DNA of 54,246 nt, counting the filler, from Ionaspis alba (taxonomy: Eukaryota): the NCBI GenBank assembly GCA_964255285.1. It is 4 parts of 4 records of this genome, joined end to end, with 100 filler letters (N's around TTAATTAATTAA, not from the genome) between each part and the next. Parts side by side here need not be neighbours in the genome. Positions count along the whole stretch, not along the records: positions 40,792 to 54,246 come from CAXUUL010000460.1; 3 more parts are not named here. One strand, given 5' to 3'. The first letter of the stretch is position 1. Each line of letters starts with the position of its first letter. A model generated the notes under the pieces. That model was not told the origin of the DNA and made no database searches. It worked only from the letters and a program-made list of their open reading frames with translations. Of this stretch, positions 46,801 through 54,246 are shown piece after piece. The position numbers were made by a program, and so were the translations under genes.

Positions 46801-47174
46801 GATCGACCGGATGTGATGTCCAATCTATTACTGGCGCCTTTCTTTTTCTGAGCCTGGGTCAATTTGGTCCTCCGCCTAGATTGAATTGGTTGTTTGGGTT
46901 CATCATTAGACTTCATAGACTGAACTTGGTTCTCTGCTCGTAAATGTGGAGGTACAAAACCATTTGTAGTCGGTGGTAGAGATTCTGAGCCAAGCGCATT
47001 TGATATCGTGAGACTATTGCTGTTGCTCAAAATCATGCCTCGCAGGCGACTTTCAAGATCTTCGTCACCCGTACCAGAAGAACAGCCCGCCATTCCTTCA
47101 TTGACTCTGGACTTCGCGGAGCATTTCCCTCTGACGGGCAGTGAAGGAAATCCAGCGGCAAGACTGCTCTCCAT
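43851..47174 (-). CDS. cid1: Cid1/CutA-type terminal nucleotidyltransferase (likely uridylyltransferase)
   Basis: It has the pol-beta motif YGSLSSGFATKESDMDL, LTRTRVPIIK, the third Asp in GIQCDINFS, VKAWAKRRKINSPYHGTLSSYGYVLMV, and the PAP-associated nucleotide-recognition motif AIEDPFEIDHNVAR. It is a single long ORF; the start is ATG 47174 or 47093. Confidence 0.9.
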   Translation of the reverse strand: MESSLAAGFPSLPVRGKCSAKSRVNEGMAGCSSGTGDEDLESRLRGMILSNSNSLTISNALGSESLPPTTNGFVPPHLRAENQVQSMKSNDEPKQPIQSRRRTKLTQAQKKKGASNRLDITSGRSSDPIHISPLLPTPRSNGQDMNESFGDVSRQPPKTQVKVTSHPNSRPLMVPQQHEPRPMNRQLSVDSAQSNGGSYMHQYQYQSYRMQQPNSFSQPVNNAYWPPYHRGLQGYRQEQQVRPAQAVQSLSFPQNQYARPPPPRTRQLYDPTGLQQLPLARDEYILPIRQQAEFIERLALFIIANAEPSAESLREQEKTRLDLEERFRFVVSAHELFQDPSFDPMSIKLKCYGSLSSGFATKESDMDLAFFSPHSNPDPASPESDIPRILEKLLLDSGFGARLLTRTRVPIIKFCEKPTPALLQSLIEERKKWEKIQNESPKGKHVSKTRPSKKKKPKKADAGEKSALQKRRGGLINSPSADNVFSSSDSGYTQPSNNHGSPVSVETEQRLPSSASTKERHPTTDTNTPQIEETDTKNLREQPVRTDEELVRLYLLAMHEDWFNDEERRIIYRFINLVKNTPLQGDQSQLDQARADLQQLPEVLSRYREITEKDNHLEFPKSGVGIQCDINFSNHLAMHNTLLLRCYSHCDPRIRPMVLFVKAWAKRRKINSPYHGTLSSYGYVLMVLHFVINIASPPLAPNLQLEWNQRHAGPIGETTCDGYDVRFWRSEKDIRLAASRGRITSNRETLGSLLRGFFHYFAQEGRGVFGGGFSWSTRVLSLRTHGGLLTKQEKGWTGARTVTIEATTPGQEAKEVKHRYLFAIEDPFEIDHNVARPVVHHGIVAIRDEFRRAHRIILNGGVIHGIPVDLFAEGTEHVQQRTFFGPNPARFQKSKFFGPQNLAMDRRKHGEVQQEKKAALPDGKPAASSLATPANVSDSEPRDNAGHTRDETTRNLEDLSHSCEVEVVEINGGGPDVVDDAEDSDELEVIDIRNRGPEVVQDSEVEAEREEEGKNEGEVVDIGGGGLEVVEEPGDADAAEMADTGSEHLEVVQEPEDEDGTEVVDIGGGGLEIVNDSDDDEDRVFHIGVGGMRLMVGGESVGSTNGR
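43880..44279 (-). repeat. Coding tandem repeat, six copies of ~66 nt (~22 aa), in the C-terminus of the Cid1-like protein
   Basis: The units are EVVEINGGGPDVVDDAEDSDEL / EVIDIRNRGPEVVQDSEVEAEREEEGKNEG / EVVDIGGGGLEVVEEPGDADAA / EMADTGSEHLEVVQEPEDEDGT / EVVDIGGGGLEIVNDSDDDED / RVFHIGVGGMRLMVGGE. Confidence 0.85.
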
Positions 47175-48169
47175 ACCCAGGATCACTAGTTCTCTTTGAT
47201 ATATGAGAACAGCTTGGCGGCTTGGCAGTGTTGCTGTGCGACCCTATCAAGGAAAAGGCAAATACCTTGGGAGACTGATGGAAGTCAACCACGTCCACAT
47301 GGGAGACTTAAGATTGGGACATAGATCGGGACAGTGGATAACCATTGAAGCCAAAGAGAGTATCAATTGTGCAGGCTATCAGCGTAAGAATAATGTAGCT
47401 TCGCAGAAATGTTCACAGAGGTGAAGTATCACAGGATAGGGGGACGAGCTCATGTGGAGGATGCAATGAGTCCGTGAGCCTACAGAAGTGATAGATGGCT
47501 TGCTGGAGGCAAAAACGAGCAGAAGATGTGAGCCTTATAAAGATGAATGATTGAAATCTTACGTTGCTAGAAGAGTATGAAGATGTGAAGAAGATTGTGA
47601 AAGGAGGAATGTGTCAGAGAATAAGACAAACTCCGACCAATGAAGAGTCCTGATCGCAATGGCCATTCTTAGCTCTCTTATTGTGGATTCGGTTGTGCGA
47701 AGTATAAGCAGCAATTTGTAGTTACTGCCACATGGCGTACATCGCTGTAGAGGAGCAGCTGTCTGGGAGATTTGAAGATGGACAGAGTCCGGGTTGATAT
47801 TCGGGTTGTGACGATGATCGCAAATGTGCCTGTCCAAGAAGGCTGAGCTAGCGCGAGCCAGTCCGCCGGAGGATTATCTGATTGGCTGGATACTGGACCA
47901 TCCCCAATTCGCAGAACCACGTCTGGTATGTCGTACAAAGACCTTGAATACACAATCCCGCCCTTCTTGATCTCGGAACCGTGACTCACAAAACCGGGTG
48001 GTTTAGCCGTACTTCTCGAGAGACCGTCTTTACCTCTTACTCACCGACCGCGCCAACAAGCATTCGGTGGATAATCTACGACTTCGTTTCTCCGCTGGTC
48101 TTCAAGTTCCCGTTTAGTGAGAATTTTGACTGACCGTGGATGCACGTATAAGTGTATGGGAACGTCATC

Positions 48170-50614
48170 ATGAGTGCTTCACCGGCAGATCATACGCCTG
48201 GTCGAACTCCAAATGGCACTTTACCTCCGATGATGCGACGTCCAAAAGTAGCAGATCCTCTCGTGCGGCCCAAGGACAAAAACAGGAGGAAGCAACAGCG
48301 TGTCCCTACCAAAGGGCCCAATGTTCCCAACGGGGTTGAAGCAGCCGCTCATACAAATGGAGGTCTGACTATGCCCGGCCAGGGCAAGACCCAAGTCGCG
48401 GCTCAGCACCCTGCAAGGTCGTCGGTGACAGATACCTACCGTGATGCACAAACTATCATGGATGGTACAGGAGCAGCTCATAGTGGTTTTACGTCACCTC
48501 CTGTTGCACCCTATATCGATTTTCCTCTCATTATGACGAAGCGCTCCCTGATGGAAGGTATGCGTTACCACGTAGCGCGATTCTACACCAAGAAGAATGT
48601 CGATCCCAGAAATGAAGAATTCTTCACAAGGCCTGTCCGACTACATCGGAGAGACCCAAGAGCTCCAGCAGGTGGGGCGGGTAGTAAGGAGGAGGACACA
48701 ATGGCAGGTGTGACCTCCGGTAATGGCTCAGTAGATGATAAAGAGCGGGAGAGACAGCAGATACTAAGGGAACAGAGAGAGGCCGAGCGTGAGGCCGAGA
48801 TGGCTCAGGTAGCACCTGCAGCCAACTCCGGTGGCCAGAGGAAGTTGGGGCAATCTACCAAAAAGACCCAACAAGTGTTTCGCAATGATCAAACTGAGGA
48901 ACAGAAGGCAGGGACAAAGCTACGCTACGAAGAAGCTTTACCTTGGCACCTGGAAGATCTTGACAACAAGCAAACTTGGGTGGGAACTTATGAGGCTGCT
49001 CTATCGGAAACGTATGCTCAACTTATCCGAAAAGACGGCAAATTCTATGTAACGCCTATGGAGAAATGGTACAAGTTCACCACCAAGGCGCCATTCTCGA
49101 CACTTACCATAGATGAGGCGGAAAAGCGGATGGAGAAGAAAGTGAAGGATCCTCGCTGGTTTATGGAGTCTCTTCAAGCCAACAAGGAGAAGCAAGACGA
49201 GCAGAGAAATAAAAAAGCGACGAGCAGGCTCTACGTGGGAAAGGTGTCTCGGCAAGATGATACGATTGCTAGGAATGCGGGAATTAAAAGAGAAGCTGCG
49301 GATGTTGATGAGCTCGATTTCATTGAAGATAGATTCGCCGACGATGAAGAGAACCAGCTTTTCGAGGGCGATGATGAAGATACGAAGGAAGCAGAGGATC
49401 GAATAAAACGTGACCAGCTGCAGGCTAATATTTTTGACCTCAAAGACGAGAAGGCGTACGAGAATGCAGACGTGTTGGAGCAAAAGCTCAAGGAAGCTCA
49501 GAGGAAAGATGGGAAGCGCGTCAAAAAGGCACTGATGAAGCGGGAAAAGAATTACGTGTATGATAGTGACTCGGACAATCCCTATTCTTCAGCGGTATGG
49601 CCCCGATCAAGGATGAGCGATTTCAACACTAACAGTATCGCAGAGCGATTCCTCAGACACAGAAGCCGAGCGTCTCAAAGAGGAGCAGATCAAGAAAGAG
49701 GCCGAGGAGAAGAAGACTGCCTCCTCAAACGAGAAAACCAAACCGCCATCCGGTTCCTCTACCAAAGGCACCAACACCCCTTCCGGCCGTTCCAGCAGAC
49801 ATCCCGATCTCTCCCAACGCTCGTTATCCTCCACATCTCTCAAACGCCCCGGCTCTCCCAACCTCTCCGAAGCCAGCGGCAACGAATCCTCACGCAAAAA
49901 GCTCAAAAAGAAAAACGGCACTTCTTCCGCCCTTGCAACCGGCATTTCCACACCCAACGGCCCTCCTTCCCGTCCTCGCTCGCCCAATCCACCACCGTCA
50001 TCATCATCCGCACCTGAACCAGTCTCGAACCGACCCGCCCAGCCTCAACCACAACGCAAAGCCTCAACCATTAAACTCAACGTAGGTCCCGAAAATGTCG
50101 CCAACCGACCCGAGAACAAGCGTGCACGTACAGGCCCAGGTTCTGGTAGCGACGGTGAAGGCGCTGGCTCGGGTGGCGAAATGAGCGACGGCACCCGCAA
50201 GCGCATCAAGATCAAGTTCACCAATACGAATCCTCCCAGCCACAATGTCAGCCCTGGTGGAAGCAGAGCCGCAAGTCCGGACCGCAACGTCACGCCTGCC
50301 GCACCGGCGGCCGCAGCTGCTGCGGTGAATCGAGCGGGCAGTCCTAGTAAGTCCTCTCCCCAATTTCCCTACATTCCGTAGTACTCGCCTGTAAACAAAT
50401 ACTAACAGCAGCCCCCATTTTAGAAGTTCCAATTCCTCTGCCCTCGCCTGCAGAGCTTAAAGCACATATTCCAGCAGAGGGAACGACCATCGGCGAGCTG
50501 CTTAAGGTCTTCCGAGGTGCAGTTGACGGACCAGAGCGGAAGGCGAAGTTCACGGAGATGTTGAGGACTGTAAGTCGGTATGAGACTGCAACGAAGTTGT
50601 TGAAGCCTGTTTAG
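48170..50614 (+). CDS. TFG1: Transcription factor IIF large subunit (Tfg1/RAP74)
   Basis: Motifs include MRYHVARF, FTRPVRLHRRDPR, KKTQQVF, LRYEEALPWHLEDLDNKQTWVGTYEAALSE, KWYKFT..TLTIDEAEKRM, and DELDF..DRFADDEE. Introns are 49595-49643 and 50347-50423. The terminal exon encodes the winged helix (IPAEGTTIGELLKVF) and ends at TAG 50612-50614. Confidence 0.93.
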
Positions 50615-51154
50615 GAAGCAGAAGAGGCTTGCTTTGGCGCTTTTGTGGAAGGCAGGGTGAGGAGGTGCTTACTAGAGTTACTAGAGTTGTGCTTGCACGT
50701 GCGGTTGTGGATGGAAGAGGGATGGCACCTTTAACTGCCGGACTTGACGTACTGCTCTTATTGCATATACTATCGTGGACGTAAACTTGATGTCTCGGTG
50801 CCTTTTGCTCCTTTGTATCTGGAGTGGAATATGTGATGTAGGCATTGAGATAGAAATCCATGACCAGATATCGCGCTACTTTCATATGTGGTTCAAATTG
50901 TATTTAAAGATCTTGTTGATGATGATGATGAACAATTCATTATGCCGTGATCATGACTTGGTATCAAAGGAGTCTAAAAGAATGCTCAAGTACATAATGC
51001 GATGCACTCTCGTAGCGACCAAGAAACCGAACTACCCTGAATCCAACCGAACCAGAAGGAAATGCATCTACCCAATCCCATCATCCCTCATACATCTAGA
51101 TGCGCCGTCTAGGTGTCTTGATCTCATGTCACATTACCCTCATCAACCCCACGA

Positions 51155-53568
51155 TCATGCTCTAAATTGCTGGACCTTCATCGGCTTGCGGCTCACAAGC
51201 CTTGCTCTTACACTATGCCGGAATGCAAACAACGATACGGCGCAAACGATGATAACAGTGGCCGTGCCACAGACCTTCCAGAACCAAACCTCGTCTCTAT
51301 CCGTACTCGCAATGCCGTTGAGGTTCATACCATAGTATGATGTAAAGAAGGACAACGGCAGGAAGACAATGGTGACGCCGGTGAAGAGCAAGATAGCCTT
51401 GTTCTGGCTGTCCGCGACGATGGCTAATTCGTTTTGTTCAATTGAGCGGAGTTGGAAGAGCTGTGAAAAGAATGTCTGTCAACTGTTGTTGCATGATAGG
51501 GGGGAGGGCTTGGAGAGCTGGGCCAGAACTGACAGCATTCATCGAACTGAGCAGATCAGCCAACAGGCGCTCACAGTCATCGTACTGCTCGGATACCATG
51601 TGCAAGACCCAATCTACCCTTTCAAGAGATGTCTCGCCTTCCGGGTTATTGATCGGGATGCCAGCTTCCTCATCTTCCTTATCGTGCCGGACACAATCCT
51701 CCCTCAGCCTTTGGAAAAAGTCCTTTTTTCTTGTAAAGACCAATTTCAGAGCACTTAGCTCATCGGAACATGCGAGAAATTCTCGCACAAGTTTGACGGT
51801 TTCCTTACGCTTCCACGGATCGAATCGCCGTTGTTTCTAGGTTTGTTCAGCAGATGTGACTTGGAGATAGCAGTAAGTGATTCGACTCACCAGACTCTGG
51901 ACAATCGACTGGAATGCGTTCAAGACTGACACTACGCTGTGTCCCGCGCGGACGGTGTGAGGGGTCCCACCAAGCTCGGTGATGAGGTAGATTAGGAACC
52001 ATTCCACGGTGTTCTTGCTCCAGGTTTTGGTACCTGTCGACTCGAAAGCACGGCGAAGATGACCGACGACAGTGACGTCCTCTTCTTCGAACAGCATATC
52101 CCGTGGCTCTTCTAGATGAGCGTGAAGATCACGATTCAGGTAGTCGACACCCCCCGCAGCTGACATGGTTAATAGGCAGCCTAGTTATTATCAATGTTGT
52201 ACAGTTTGTAACGGTGGGATTTTGATCTTACCGTCGGCACGATGAAAGCATCGGAACGGGTTTCGCACGATAAGTGCGTTCTTGAATGCCCTGTGCTTGG
52301 AAAGGATTTGAATCTCCGCGTTGCGAAGGGTGCGGTCATCTCCATCGATTGGTCCTTGCTGGCCTAGGGAAATACCCTCCGAGAGTTGCCATGGTAGGTC
52401 AGATTCCACAACTTTCCAAAATTCCATGGGTATTCCAACCAGGTTGGATCTCCATACAATGTCGGCACGCAGATTCTCGTTTAGATCAGGCTCAAAGGTG
52501 CTTTTGTCAAGAGCGGGTTTCAAGTCTTCGCGCTTGGAAAGTAAGGTATGCACATCCCGCATCTCCTGGAAGTGTTTTTGATTCCGGATGTTGAGACAAT
52601 CGATCTCTATAAATGGCCAGCCAGGTTCTCCAGCTCTCTCGAATGACCTTCCAGGAACTTTATAATCGTAGTTGAAAAGATCCTCAATAGACTATGACGG
52701 AAAGTCATTAGGAAGGATCAGAGACGGTGGATTCGGACCGAACCGACTGAATGGAGAAGGCCCTTTCCCACAGGAGCATGTCTATCAGACAGTCAGAAAG
52801 CCATCGAAGTACTATTCAGCCGTAGACATCTTACATCCACCTTACAGTAGCCCAATCAGGCTTTTCTTTCCAGCCTATCCAACATCAGTGGCAGTCCCAA
52901 TCACGAGCGAGTAAACACGCACAATACTCGATCTCCCCAACAGTAGTTTCGAAACGCTCGGAATGCTGCGGACCAATGTCGCAAACATATGCTTTCAGCT
53001 GCCCACGGGGAGGAAAGAAATGTCGAGCCATGTCGAGTAATTTCTGCTCATCCTTATACGCCATATCACGATGACCAGAAAAGAAGGCCCAGAGTCGATC
53101 CCTCAAGGGAAGCTTGTCGTGGTCCATTGCTCTCTTGACTTGCTCAAGAATCTCTCGGTATGATTGCCTTTCCGCTCTGTGACTCTCCGATGCCGATCTC
53201 TTTTTCTGTAGCTCCGCAGCTTCCAAGTCTGGATCCAAAACTTTTTCTCTAAACGCCACGAGACTTTTCGTCGTGCTCGTTGCGGCAGAGTCACGATGCT
53301 CCGAAGACACAGATCCCTTCTCGCCATTACCAGTGCTGGAGGTAGATTTGAGTCTCTGCAAGGCCGCAATTTGCGAAGGCGCAAGAGACATTGAGGGGCG
53401 CGATGGTCTCCTTCCCGAAGGTCTGCTGGTCGTAGAAGCTTGAGATCCACGATGGGTTGTTGAAGAAGCCATCCGGCCGGCGATTGACGGCCGTACAGGC
53501 GATGGGGACTGGTTGCTTGTCATCCTTCGAAGAGGCGCCGACAAGGGACCGATCTCTTCATCCTCCAT
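51155..53568 (-). CDS. Fungal CorA-like Mg2+ transporter domain protein (multi-exon)
   Basis: The C-terminal QNKAILLFTGVTIVFLPLSFFTSYYGMN (CorA GMN signature) is followed by a second TM helix (FWKVCGTATVIIVCAVSLF). Upstream exons (WATVRW|HAPVGKGLLHS, RNPFRCFHR, VEWFLIYLITE) are joined by short GT-AG introns. The start is MEDEEIGP at 53568. Confidence 0.8.
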
Positions 53569-54246
53569 GGCAACTAGGTTAACCAACAAAATGCTATACC
53601 GTAGTCACACAAAAACAACGGAGTGGAGCCGACAACGATGATAAAGAAGAAGGATCATGCAAGAAGGCGCAAGGCAGTTAAGCAAGGCGAAAGACAAGGC
53701 GGAACCTGCGATCAACGAAGGGAGACAGGGAGCATTGACCACGCTATATTCACAGGCCCGGGTTTCAGCCGCAATCTGGAAGCTTTTCCTGACGTGTCTG
53801 GCGCTGAAGATCGTCCAAACATGAAATGGGGACAGGACTTGAGGCGCAGCGATGATATCAATTTCTCTGAAAGGCACTAAGGAAGAGTTTCGGCTGCGAA
53901 AGGAGAACCTTCGCATTCCGTCTTTGGGCCGGCAAGGAAGCCTCGCGGGCTGCAAAGAGATGGGATCGGTAGGGGTGAGGCGCTGGCATGCAGAGGCGTA
54001 GTAGCACTACTGCAATGGCCATCGTCGGGGCACATTTCCCACAGACCGAAGAAGCCGATCTTCCGATTCAGCGGCCCCGACGACGAGAGGGGTTCCCGTT
54101 ACGCAGACCGCATACGTGTCTGGGTGAGTCACCTTGGAAGGTAGATACCTCATGGCCATCAACGCTCTGTATGTTCATTTCAAATCTTGGTCGTTGTTTG
54201 GTGCAGAGCGGGTGGTTGTTCGATGGAAAACGGGTGGGTGCAGAAA

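Noticed and set aside
47200..48160. Short ORFs (47559-47837, 47678-47989) between the Cid1-like gene and TFG1
   Set aside because: These ORFs have non-ATG starts and no motifs, and lie in a divergent promoter/5' UTR region.

Overview
Gene-dense, intron-containing eukaryotic DNA, most consistent with a filamentous ascomycete (Pezizomycotina). Introns are short and GT-AG with CTAAC/CTGAC-type branch points. The window is four assembly pieces joined by artificial N44-TTAATTAATTAA-N44 linkers (13538-13637, 27122-27221, 40692-40791) and also has four plain 100-N gaps. I rebuilt spliced gene models by hand. In order they are: an atypical protein kinase, a 101-aa orphan gene missed by the ORF track, a secreted amidase, the HMT1 ABC half-transporter, RTC1/SEA2 (truncated), IMP3, Wee1/Swe1, VAC7, a DUF3824-type Arg/Ser-rich protein, CTI6 (truncated), a DUF7918-like protein, SPT8, an Hrr1/ZNFX1-like helicase (truncated), a divergent neutral trehalase (truncated, missed by the ORF track), HGH1, a Cid1/CutA-type terminal uridylyltransferase, TFG1 and a CorA-domain protein. 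I found no rRNA, tRNA, CRISPR array or recognisable transposon. The most notable observations are: (1) a six-copy, ~22-aa acidic SIM-like repeat tail on the Cid1-type enzyme; (2) optional-looking introns, namely in-frame stop-free introns in VAC7 (267 nt) and SPT8 (48 nt, GC-AG) and a terminal DUF3824 intron that gives alternative C-termini; (3) the orphan gene sharing a duplicated ~75-bp promoter element with the divergent kinase; and (4) a degenerate Ca2+-binding loop in the trehalase. All family assignments come from motif recognition, not database searches.
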